Source: a virus (taxonomy: Duplodnaviria; Caudoviricetes). Taken from it: DNA of 58,059 nt. Positions 8,757 through 16,579 of the stretch are shown here, piece by piece (position 1 is the stretch's first letter; each line of letters begins with the position of its first letter). Location: IMG/VR virus record IMGVR_UViG_3300033076_000920, positions 1-58,059 of that record; one strand, 5' to 3'. A program made the position numbers and the translations under genes. The notes under the pieces are model-generated. The model searched no databases, had not been told where the DNA came from, and worked only from the letters and a program-made list of their open reading frames with translations.

Positions 8757-9380
8757 ATGATCATCAACTGGTATCAGGCAGGCGTAAGCAAAGAGGCGTG
8801 GAAGGGCAGCCCTAACGACGTGGCCTTTGCGGGCCATCTCGACGCAAACCCGCAGCTGGTGTTTTGGCCCACGTGGCCAGAGCGCATTCGCGAGCTCGGA
8901 GCCGTGCGAGTGATTGATTGCGAGCGCATGCACGCAATCGCCCGCAACTGGACGGCGGCGCAGCAGCCCTCGGTCCGGCCTATGTCGGACCAGCAGTCGA
9001 GCCGCTACGACTTCAGCGGATGGGCGCTGTCTCGCCTCATCGCGTCCGAGCTGTGTGCCATCGAAGCCATCGAGAAGCGCGACGGCGAAGAGGCCGCGCT
9101 GCTCATCGAGGCTGCTCAGTCCTCGTCGATGACCATCGAGCCCAACTCATGGGCTCACCAGTCGGCGCACACGGCCATGGCATGGCAGTACGATGGCCCG
9201 CACGAGTGCGTGAAGCTCATGCTGGCTCGACGCGGCTACAGGGTGTGCTCGGCCAGCGAGCACTCGGTCGAATACCCCGACAGGCGAGGCCAGACGTGGC
9301 TCGAGTCACGCCAGTCTCCGCGAACGGACTGGCTCGCGGAGGCCAAGGCCTTCTGGCTGACGAAGCGAGGTGCGCTGTGA
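8757..9380 (+). CDS. Hypothetical early protein (C-terminus resembles that of the next gene)
   Basis: RBS within leader copy 3; ends PRTDWLAEAKAFW. Confidence 0.7.
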   Translation: MIINWYQAGVSKEAWKGSPNDVAFAGHLDANPQLVFWPTWPERIRELGAVRVIDCERMHAIARNWTAAQQPSVRPMSDQQSSRYDFSGWALSRLIASELCAIEAIEKRDGEEAALLIEAAQSSSMTIEPNSWAHQSAHTAMAWQYDGPHECVKLMLARRGYRVCSASEHSVEYPDRRGQTWLESRQSPRTDWLAEAKAFWLTKRGAL

Positions 9381-9961
9381 CCACCTCAGTCCGCGTACGC
9401 TGGCGCAAGAGCGGCACGGTGGCCGCTTTCACGTCGCCCGGCGACCCCTGGTGGTCGCTCGAGCGAGACTGGCACGTGCGCGCGCACCTGGCTGGGTGCG
9501 TCGCCATCCTCGACTATCAGGCCATGGCCGCGGCGGGCGACATGCCAGGCGCGACCTACAGCGGCGACACCATCACGTTTACCGGCGAGGCCTTGGCTGC
9601 GCTCCGCGCCTCGGAGCTGGCCGCCGTTGAGCGCCTCGAGCAGCAGGGCATGGCCGACGCCTCGGCGCTGTTCGAGATCGCCAAGGCGAACGACTGGGCG
9701 CTCCCAGCCGAAGCCGCGATCAAGAGCGCCAAATACGACGGCGAGACGAGCGTAAGGCTGCGGCTCTACGTGCTCAGCCGCGACGCGGCGTGGCACCAGG
9801 TCCACGACGCTCTCGGCCTGTGTGTCCAGCGGTTGGGGTACCAGATCGGATGGCGCGACAGCTTCATGCCGTGCGCGACCGCACAGCTCGTGCCCCTCGA
9901 GGGACCGCGCGTTGACTGGCTCGAGGAGAGCCGAGCCTACTGGCAAGGAGTGGAGCTATGA
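9377..9961 (+). CDS. Hypothetical early protein
   Basis: GTGA overlap; ends PRVDWLEESRAYW. Confidence 0.7.
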   Translation: MTTSVRVRWRKSGTVAAFTSPGDPWWSLERDWHVRAHLAGCVAILDYQAMAAAGDMPGATYSGDTITFTGEALAALRASELAAVERLEQQGMADASALFEIAKANDWALPAEAAIKSAKYDGETSVRLRLYVLSRDAAWHQVHDALGLCVQRLGYQIGWRDSFMPCATAQLVPLEGPRVDWLEESRAYWQGVEL

Positions 9962-10242
9962 CCATCTCACGCAAAGCACTGGCTTCCATCCGCGCAGCAA
10001 TGCGCCAGATCGGCGCCGCCATCCGAGACGAGGTACAGCGGGAGCGCTCCACGCTCATCGGCGCCGAGTACGTGCGTGGCGGCTGCGATGGCGTATGGCG
10101 CGTCGCGCTCGACACGGGCAACACCGTGCAGCTGAGGTGCGGCGACCGCTACGCGTTCGTGGCGCGCTCTGAGCTCGACGGACCGCTGTGGACTCGCCTT
10201 GACCGCGTCCACGGCACCACGACCACGCAGGGCGATGCGTGA
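9958..10242 (+). CDS. Hypothetical protein
   Basis: ATGA overlap, GGAG upstream. Confidence 0.6.
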   Translation: MTISRKALASIRAAMRQIGAAIRDEVQRERSTLIGAEYVRGGCDGVWRVALDTGNTVQLRCGDRYAFVARSELDGPLWTRLDRVHGTTTTQGDA

Positions 10243-10514
10243 CCACCGACTTCGATGTGCGGCTGCTTGAGCTGGTCGAGCAGCTGCGCGCGGGAGAAAC
10301 CACCATGCGACGAGAGTACAACCACGGCCCGCTCGGCCTGCTACCGAGCACTGGCAAGCAAACAATCAACATCCGCTACAGCCTGCCCGTGGAGCTCGTG
10401 GACTGGGTTCGCTCGGAGTCGCAGGCGCTAGGCATCAGCGCAAGCGAGTTCGTCGAGGCGCAGCTCGACACCGCGCGCGACAACTGGGACGATATCCACA
10501 GCGACGACGACTAG
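10239..10514 (+). CDS. Ribbon-helix-helix-like DNA-binding protein
   Basis: IRYSLPVELVDWV..ESQALGISASEFVE fits the RHH pattern. Confidence 0.6.
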   Translation: MTTDFDVRLLELVEQLRAGETTMRREYNHGPLGLLPSTGKQTINIRYSLPVELVDWVRSESQALGISASEFVEAQLDTARDNWDDIHSDDD

Positions 10515-10535
10515 TCAAGCGCAAACGGACGTTGC

Positions 10536-10573
10536 AAAAAAAAACGCACCTACTTACCATGGGTGCGTTTTTT
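10536..10573. terminator. Intrinsic terminator, probably bidirectional
   Basis: A9-CGCACC, 11-nt loop, GGTGCG-T6. Confidence 0.75.
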
Positions 10574-10575
10574 AC

Positions 10576-10654
10576 TTGCGCATCTCAACCGATGCGCTAT
10601 TGTCTCTCTCGTCGACACCCCGAGCGGGACGACAACAACCAAGGAGCCGACACC
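10576..10654 (+). promoter_or_regulatory. Promoter plus conserved hairpin leader, copy 4
   Basis: TTGCGC-16-TATTGT as in copy 1, then GACACCCCGAGCGGGACGACAACAACCAAGGAG. Confidence 0.72.
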
Positions 10655-10864
10655 ATGAAGAATGCAGCCGCCGCCGCCATCGCCCGTAAGATGCTCAAGA
10701 TCGACATCGACGCCTGGAAGCGTGAGGGATTCCACGGCAAGATGAGCACCGACTGCGAGTGGGCCGATCGAACCATCTGCGAGCTCGTGGGCCGCAAGAT
10801 GCGCGAGCAGAGCCTGAGCGACGTGCGCCGCGCCTACGAGAGCATCATGCGCTCGATGGCTTGA
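10655..10864 (+). CDS. Small hypothetical early protein
   Basis: AAGGAG RBS in leader copy 4; start MKNAAA. Confidence 0.7.
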   Translation: MKNAAAAAIARKMLKIDIDAWKREGFHGKMSTDCEWADRTICELVGRKMREQSLSDVRRAYESIMRSMA

Positions 10865-10937
10865 CTTCAGCAGCCGCTAAGCTACTATCTCACCAACGGA
10901 CACCCCGAGCGGGACCGCGACAACCAGGAGACCGACC
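10861..10937 (+). promoter_or_regulatory. Promoter plus conserved hairpin leader, copy 5
   Basis: TTGACT-16-TACTAT, then GACACCCCGAGCGGGACCGCGACAACCAGGAG. Confidence 0.75.
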
Positions 10938-11339
10938 ATGGACAAGCTCAGCATCCGCAACCACGTGTACGCCAGCTTCAGCTACGCTCACAAGCCGAGC
11001 AAGAGCATCACGCCCTGGGAGCAGCGCCTCGCGCCCAATACTGGCAGCACGTACTGCGACGAACCGCGCGACGCGGTCATCTCGACCACCGTCGTCATCG
11101 ACAACCCAGTCACCGGCTACGGGGTCGAGTACGAGGTGCTAGTGTGCGCCGACTACGAGCCCGCCCAGCGTGGTGGCTGGGATGATCCCTCATGGGAGGC
11201 CCACTGGCACTCGCCCGAGGCGTGGTACTACCGCCCTGGCCGCGGCTGGAAGCGCCTCGAGCTCGACAAGCGCGCCGAGGCGCAGCTCATCGCCGAGCTC
11301 GACCGCGAGGCCGAGTACCGGCGCAACTACCGCGACTGA
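10938..11339 (+). CDS. Hypothetical early protein
   Basis: RBS in leader copy 5; followed by a terminator-like hairpin. Confidence 0.72.
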   Translation: MDKLSIRNHVYASFSYAHKPSKSITPWEQRLAPNTGSTYCDEPRDAVISTTVVIDNPVTGYGVEYEVLVCADYEPAQRGGWDDPSWEAHWHSPEAWYYRPGRGWKRLELDKRAEAQLIAELDREAEYRRNYRD

Positions 11340-11362
11340 GCCGTCCCCCCAAGAAGCACGAA

Positions 11363-11394
11363 GCGCCCAGGTCATGCCTGGGCGTTGTCGTTTT
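11363..11394. terminator. Terminator-like hairpin between the convergent arms
   Basis: GCGCCCAGG-TCATG-CCTGGGCGT followed by TGTCGTTTT. Confidence 0.6.
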
Positions 11395-11407
11395 GTGCAA
11401 CGCGTGG

Positions 11408-11875
11408 CTAATCTTGCTTCTTATTCACCCAGTAGTTTCTTGGCATGCGGTTTCTTGCTTGCTCCAAAACAGTCGCCCACCTGACATTTCCTGGCTCGTA
11501 ATGCCCAATCGGATTGATGCGATCCACGGAGCAGCCCTTAGGTCTTGGTCCAAGCTCCTGAAAGAACTGTTCAAAAGACTCAAAACGAAACTCCACGTTT
11601 TTGTATGCAGGGTGATGCTTCTCACCCATTTTCACGCGTCGTTTCGCCCTCTCGTAAGACTTTGCCGCGTCTAGTTTTTGTGCATCATTCTTAACGCCAG
11701 TGCCTTTGCGAGGATGCGGCTTGTTGGCAAATCTAGTGCGATTGCGACATGGCTTGCAGAATAACTCTTTGTTGAGTCGTTGCGCTTTTCGCACAACATC
11801 TCCCCTAGCAAGCCTTTCGACTCCACAGTGAGTGCACTTGGTTACGACCAGCAAATTACCGTTTGGCATGGTCAA
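11408..11875 (-). CDS. Free-standing HNH (homing-type) endonuclease
   Basis: FEQFFQELGPRP.G.SVDRINPIGHYEPGNVRWAT..Q.RN; two CxxC; markedly AT-rich. Confidence 0.88.
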   Translation of the reverse strand: MTMPNGNLLVVTKCTHCGVERLARGDVVRKAQRLNKELFCKPCRNRTRFANKPHPRKGTGVKNDAQKLDAAKSYERAKRRVKMGEKHHPAYKNVEFRFESFEQFFQELGPRPKGCSVDRINPIGHYEPGNVRWATVLEQARNRMPRNYWVNKKQD

Positions 11876-11899
11876 GTGGTAATCACGTCACCACTTAGA

Positions 11900-12178
11900 T
11901 CAACTCCATTTTACGACCGAGGCCCAGTAGGCTGCGCTCATCTTGCCCTTGGCGATGTTCTTGGCGTGGCGCGCCATGAACGACTTGCGCCGCGCCTTCG
12001 CTGCCTCGCTCTCGCCCTCTCGAGGTGGCGAGCCCTTGGTGCCCTGCTCGCCGAATCTGATGAGCTTGATCACGTCGCCCTCTTTGGCCAACACGGCGTG
12101 GCTTTTGGTCGGGTGATTGGGCGTGCGCTTAGGCTTGTTGTAGCCCTCGAACCTCTCGCCTCGGTACTCAAGTGCCAT
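11900..12178 (-). CDS. Small basic protein of a widespread viral family of unknown function
   Basis: KLIRFG.QG...RRKSF.ARH...SAAYWA pattern recalled from other phages; GAGG RBS. Confidence 0.65.
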   Translation of the reverse strand: MALEYRGERFEGYNKPKRTPNHPTKSHAVLAKEGDVIKLIRFGEQGTKGSPPREGESEAAKARRKSFMARHAKNIAKGKMSAAYWASVVKWS

Positions 12179-12187
12179 GATGCCTCC

Positions 12188-12730
12188 TCACTTTGCCTTG
12201 ACGAGTACGACGGTCATGGAGTAGTCGACGTGCGCCGCGTTGTGCTTGGTCGTGCCGCCGCGCTGCACGATGCTGCCAGGGTCACGCGAGCGCAGGTAGA
12301 AGCCGAAGATGGCCGTGCGGCCCACGGGCGCCTGCACCCAGTGCTTGCCGATGGTCCACGGCATCTGTCCCTCCTCGAGCTGCGCGAGCTTGAGCGCGAC
12401 GCACACATCGTGCTTGCGTGCCCACTCAGGGCTCGACATGCGGTGGTCGGGCGGTTGCGCGCACATGGACACGATGCGCACCTGCGGGTCGCGCGCGATG
12501 GCCTCGCACTCTGCCGCCGTGGGCAGCCTAGCGCCGAGCTCCGCCGCCACCTCACGCGCACGGCGCTCCGAGGCACGCGCCCACACGATGCCATGCTCGG
12601 CCTCAGGCCCGGTGGTGCGTAGCGGCTCGCGCGTCACGAGCAGACCACGCAGCGCCGCGAGCTCGACCCACTCAGGCGCACCGAAGTGCTCCAGCGCCGT
12701 CTCGTAGCGCCCGACGTTTGGCAGGCTCAC
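12188..12730 (-). CDS. Hypothetical protein, possibly cell-wall related
   Basis: RLPTAAECEAI, KHWV, AIFGF, H...H.DYS motifs; distal end of the late/lysis arm. Confidence 0.5.
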   Translation of the reverse strand: MSLPNVGRYETALEHFGAPEWVELAALRGLLVTREPLRTTGPEAEHGIVWARASERRAREVAAELGARLPTAAECEAIARDPQVRIVSMCAQPPDHRMSSPEWARKHDVCVALKLAQLEEGQMPWTIGKHWVQAPVGRTAIFGFYLRSRDPGSIVQRGGTTKHNAAHVDYSMTVVLVKAK

Positions 12731-12930
12731 GACAGCCTCAGCGCGCCGTCAGCCGTCACGGCCAAGGGCACAAGCTGCCCCGAGCTGGTGCGGCCATACA
12801 CGAGCACGCCAGGGCCGTTTGCGAGCGTCACCGTGGGCGTGCCTGCGTCAGCGATAGATAGCTCGCCCGTAGCCGTCACGCGAAGCGCGACTTGCGGTCC
12901 AGTAGAGGTGCGACCGAAGGAGGGGAGCAT
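12727..12930 (-). CDS. 67-aa protein with two GRT..G..V.L.V repeats
   Basis: ATG 12930 overlaps the upstream TAA; motif shared with the N-terminus of 12930-13808. Confidence 0.6.
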   Translation of the reverse strand: MLPSFGRTSTGPQVALRVTATGELSIADAGTPTVTLANGPGVLVYGRTSSGQLVPLAVTADGALRLS

Positions 12931-13808
12931 TATAGCCAGGTCTCCACCAGCAGGTTGCTGCAAAACATCGTGCGTGATGTTGCATCGTTCAAATTGGCAA
13001 ACTGGAACTCGAAACCGTATCCGCTCATGTCTACGTTTTGCCAAAAACCAGAGCCGATCGCCCTCGACCGACCGCTCGCCAACGTGCGCAAACTCGAATA
13101 AGACGGAAAGCCGGATGCGGACGTACCGATATGGGTAGTCATCATCCCGGCTGTTTGCTCCAGCACAAGCACATTGTAGTTAGACACAGGATTTGGAAAC
13201 ACTATAGAATATGTGCCATCTGGAGCGTTGCTGCTGTAAAAGTTATATGTGTTCTGTCTGAAGTTCTCTGCTAGCGCGTTGTTTGCACCAGGTGAAGTCT
13301 CGACGTACATTCCTGTGTACAGATTTGCGGTTGACGCAAGCGGCGTATAGTTAGCCCACCGCATCCAGATTCGGTATCCATGACCGAAAAATGCATTTCT
13401 GTTGAAGCCAGTAAAAAGTGAAAAGATTCGGCTCCTCGCGCCGTTGGATGCCGTAGTCAATCCGAGTCCGCTTCCGTTGACGATTGCGGCGCTAGCAGTT
13501 CCTGCAAACGACGGCGTAAACGTCAGCGAGCGAGACGACTGATCCGTGATGACCGTCGATCCTGTGATGGACTGATTCGCCAGCAACGTGAAGTCGCAGT
13601 CAAAAGCAGTCGTTACGACAGCCGTCAGCGTGCCAGCCGACAGCGACAGCCCTGAGCCCACGGTAACCGCCGTGCCGCTGCCCGAGGTCAGCTGCGAGCT
13701 GGTGCCAGGCCACGAGGTGCTACCGCCGCTCGTCTGCACGATGCCGCTGCCGTCCACGAGGAGCGGCACCTGGTTTCCATTCGCGTCTCGGCCATAGAGT
13801 AGTGTCAT
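12930..13808 (-). CDS. Probable virion fibre/adhesin with AT-rich C-terminal beta domain
   Basis: Gly/Ser/Thr-rich N-terminus (VTVGSGLSLSAGTL); composition shifts in the 3' half; GGAG RBS. Confidence 0.55.
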   Translation of the reverse strand: MTLLYGRDANGNQVPLLVDGSGIVQTSGGSTSWPGTSSQLTSGSGTAVTVGSGLSLSAGTLTAVVTTAFDCDFTLLANQSITGSTVITDQSSRSLTFTPSFAGTASAAIVNGSGLGLTTASNGARSRIFSLFTGFNRNAFFGHGYRIWMRWANYTPLASTANLYTGMYVETSPGANNALAENFRQNTYNFYSSNAPDGTYSIVFPNPVSNYNVLVLEQTAGMMTTHIGTSASGFPSYSSLRTLASGRSRAIGSGFWQNVDMSGYGFEFQFANLNDATSRTMFCSNLLVETWL

Positions 13809-13820
13809 GGTCTCGGCTCC

Positions 13821-13997
13821 TCAGTCGTTGTAGGTCTCGCGCTTCGACAGGTCGTCATCATCGCCCACGAAGCGCATGCGCGGGCGCTCGTGGGGCTCAG
13901 GCTGTGCGAGCATGGTGCGCACCCAGTCGAGCAGCGGCTCTACGCCACGCGCAAGCGCAGCGGCACGCAGCTCGGACTGCGCAGCCCGCGAGAGCAT
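13821..13997 (-). CDS. 58-aa small protein absent from the ORF track
   Basis: ATG 13997 (MLSRAAQSEL) to TGA 13821 fills the gap exactly between neighbours. Confidence 0.55.
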   Translation of the reverse strand: MLSRAAQSELRAAALARGVEPLLDWVRTMLAQPEPHERPRMRFVGDDDDLSKRETYND

Positions 13998-14737
13998 CAC
14001 TTGCCGCCGCTCAGCGCGTCGTTGCGCGCGTCGTGCATGGCCCTGCTCGCATCGGGTGCGGCCACCTTGCGCAGCTCGAGCTGCTGGCTCTGCAGCGCGG
14101 CCACGATGGCCTCGACCGCGACGCCCAGGGCCTTCGCAAACGCCTCAATCAACGATGCATCCATCTCCTGCTCCTCTTCGATCTCAACCCAGCCAGCGGC
14201 CTCACTCGTGCGCAAGATGCTCAGCACTCGAGCCCGCACATCGCCAGCCGTGATGCGCCCGTCTCGGTTGCCGTCGAGCCCACTGTTTTGCGCGTAGACT
14301 CGACCGCGCGAAAACGTAGCGCCTGGCACGAGCTCGGTGGAGTCCTTCTGGCCGATGAGGAACGAGTCAGGCTTGCCTACGCCAGCGGGCCAAAAGACTT
14401 GCAGATACGCATCACCAGGCATGCGCCACTTGGGCATGCGCGCGAGGTATGCCTTGACGTAGTCGAGCTGCTCCACCGCGCTCATGGCCGCGAGTTGATC
14501 GGTGGTGGTGCCAAGCATCTTGGCCGTGCTGGGCATGAACTGAATCAAGCCAGTAGCGCCGCCGCTCGGATTGCGCACGCTGGACGACCACGTCCACGAC
14601 GACTCGAACCCCATGAGCGACGCGAGCTCGCCCGGTGGGATGCCCACGTCGATCGCAACCTGGTACAGCTTGCGTCGAAACTCGGGCGTCGTGCGCTCGA
14701 CGAGGTTTTTTACCTTCGGAAGCCGCCTGATCGTCAC
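13997..14737 (-). CDS. Endolysin, lysozyme/lytic transglycosylase fold
   Basis: LMGFES catalytic Glu, ATGLIQFMPSTA, EQLDYV, N.GLD.N.DG.IT; GTG start after GGAGG. Confidence 0.85.
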   Translation of the reverse strand: MTIRRLPKVKNLVERTTPEFRRKLYQVAIDVGIPPGELASLMGFESSWTWSSSVRNPSGGATGLIQFMPSTAKMLGTTTDQLAAMSAVEQLDYVKAYLARMPKWRMPGDAYLQVFWPAGVGKPDSFLIGQKDSTELVPGATFSRGRVYAQNSGLDGNRDGRITAGDVRARVLSILRTSEAAGWVEIEEEQEMDASLIEAFAKALGVAVEAIVAALQSQQLELRKVAAPDASRAMHDARNDALSGGK

Positions 14738-14979
14738 TGCACCACCTCCTCTCGTCGAGCCACCGTACCGCATGCGATGCACACCGTAACGCCATCGCCT
14801 AGGTCGATGGTGTCTGAATGATACACCTTGCGCGCGTCCCATGTCTCGCGGAACGCATCACCAACGATGCAGATGGCCTCGTCGCTCGACGTCGCACCCT
14901 GCGGCGCGTAGAGCACGTGCATGCGATACGGGAGGCCGATGTGCTCGTAGTACGAGGCGTGCGAGCTCACGTTGATCAC
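14734..14979 (-). CDS. Small hypothetical protein
   Basis: GTGA overlaps at both ends; CxxC near the C-terminus. Confidence 0.45.
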   Translation of the reverse strand: MINVSSHASYYEHIGLPYRMHVLYAPQGATSSDEAICIVGDAFRETWDARKVYHSDTIDLGDGVTVCIACGTVARREEVVQ

Positions 14980-15545
14980 GGTTTCTTCGGGCTCCACGCT
15001 TCGACGGTGTGCCATCTGTCCCAGCGTGCGGCGGCGCCGCGGAGCCCTGTAGCGCATGTCCCTCGCATGTACGCGCTAAGCCTGTCGCGCGCCTCTAGTT
15101 TGCGGCACATCGAAAGAGAGCCCACGGCCAGCGCCAACGCCTTGCGCGCTGCGAGCTTGCGATCGGCCTGCAGCATGGCACCCGTCACGCGCGAGCCATC
15201 GGCCTTCGTGTACGCCTTGAGCTGCCACACCGAGAACGACGTGCCACCATCGCAGCGCGACCACCACCCACCGCCTGGCTTGCCTCGGTAGCAAGGCCCC
15301 ACGTCCACATCTTGTGAGAGCGCGCTCTCCTCGAGCGCCAGCGCCAGCAGCAGCGCGGCCTCGCTTTTGTCACTGAGCCCCGTGCCGCTTGCGTCGAGTG
15401 CCGCGGCCTCGATGGCCTCCGCGATGGCCTGATAGCGCGCACGCGCCTCGGCCTCTGTCTCGGTCCAGCCAGGAAACTTGCGAGCGCCAGACGGTGGCGC
15501 AAACGCCATCATCGCAGCGACTAGCCACGTTACCAGAGCGCTCAC
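14976..15545 (-). CDS. Exported transglycosylase-like protein (second muralytic candidate)
   Basis: Hydrophobic N-terminal signal; LALEESAL (E-S motif) and SFSVWQL (G-L-x-Q-like). Confidence 0.55.
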   Translation of the reverse strand: MSALVTWLVAAMMAFAPPSGARKFPGWTETEAEARARYQAIAEAIEAAALDASGTGLSDKSEAALLLALALEESALSQDVDVGPCYRGKPGGGWWSRCDGGTSFSVWQLKAYTKADGSRVTGAMLQADRKLAARKALALAVGSLSMCRKLEARDRLSAYMRGTCATGLRGAAARWDRWHTVEAWSPKKP

Positions 15546-15985
15546 TTGCGCCCCTGCATGGCCTTGACGCTCTCGGCCAAGCTCTCGCCAGCCTTGGCTG
15601 CCTGCACGCCGATACCGAGCAGCGTGGCCGCGTCGGGAGCCTTGCCCTTCTCTGCAGCCTGCGCCGCGATGATGGCAGCGATGGCCGCGATGTGCGCCGC
15701 TCTCGCGCTATCGTACGCCGTGGCGAGCGGTAGGCACAGCTCGTCGAGCCTGCTTACCGCTGCAAGCCGCTTGGCCTCGTCCATCGTCGCCGCGTGGTCA
15801 GCGATGGCACGATATGGCCGCGTGCACCGCTCCTCAACGATGGGCGCCGTGGCGTCGAGCATGTCACCGAGGCCGTTACTGCTCGCGATGGCAACGTTGA
15901 GCGCGCTCACGCAGCCAGAGCACCACGTCGAGATGATGAGCAGCACCAGGGCCGCGATGGTAAATGTCCGTTCGGGGTGTCTCAT
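15542..15985 (-). CDS. Predicted lipoprotein/membrane protein, spanin-like candidate
   Basis: N-terminal TM segment then CSGC lipobox-like motif; helical body; lysis cassette. Confidence 0.5.
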   Translation of the reverse strand: MRHPERTFTIAALVLLIISTWCSGCVSALNVAIASSNGLGDMLDATAPIVEERCTRPYRAIADHAATMDEAKRLAAVSRLDELCLPLATAYDSARAAHIAAIAAIIAAQAAEKGKAPDAATLLGIGVQAAKAGESLAESVKAMQGRK

Positions 15986-16200
15986 GGCGTCTCTCCCTTC
16001 TTGGTCTTGCGCATGCGCTCGAGCGCCGCAGGCGCATCCGTCGTGAGTAGAGCTCGCAGCGCGCCCACTAGCTTTGCCTCTCGCTTGTAGCCGCGTTGCT
16101 CTAGCATGCCTTCGAGCTGGTGGAGCAACACCGAGAGCAGCGACAAGCCCGCGACGATCGCCACCACGAGAAGCACGTCGGGCAGCTCGGAAAGACTCAC
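15982..16200 (-). CDS. Small single-TM protein (holin/antiholin candidate)
   Basis: GTG 16200 overlaps the upstream stop; VLLVVAIVAGLSLLSVLL; basic C-terminus. Confidence 0.5.
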   Translation of the reverse strand: MSLSELPDVLLVVAIVAGLSLLSVLLHQLEGMLEQRGYKREAKLVGALRALLTTDAPAALERMRKTKKGETP

Positions 16201-16577
16201 CGCCGCGGCCCTTTCATGGCGGCAACGATGCCCACTACCATGGTGGCGATGACCACGCCGACCTCGCGCGCCATGGGCGATAGGTCGGTCATGCTGCCGA
16301 GCAGCGACTGAGCCAAGAGAAACGTGCCGCTCGAGCTCGTCACGATCCAAGTGCGATCGACCGTTGGGAGCTTGCTCTTGATCTCGGCGATGTCTGCCTC
16401 GATGCGCGCAAACCTGTCCTTGTTGCCGCGGCTCTCCTCGATGAGCCTGCGCAAGGCCGCGGCCGAGGCGATGGGGTCGCTCGAGATGACGTCGGCGTCG
16501 TCGTCAGCCGGTGGCGATGGCGGGACCGAAAGCGTGGGCGTGGATGCGCTAGCGCCGTTCATAGTGGAAGCTCCCAT
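16197..16577 (-). CDS. Coiled-coil plus two-TM membrane protein (holin candidate)
   Basis: Coiled coil followed by two hydrophobic segments; first gene of the lysis cassette. Confidence 0.5.
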   Translation of the reverse strand: MGASTMNGASASTPTLSVPPSPPADDDADVISSDPIASAAALRRLIEESRGNKDRFARIEADIAEIKSKLPTVDRTWIVTSSSGTFLLAQSLLGSMTDLSPMAREVGVVIATMVVGIVAAMKGPRR

Positions 16578-16579
16578 GG

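Noticed and set aside
15966-15981. Sixth leader copy GACACCCCGAACGGAC on the - strand
   Set aside because: Lies inside coding sequence just after an ATG, has a weaker stem, and lacks the ACAAC/GGAG tail; probably chance
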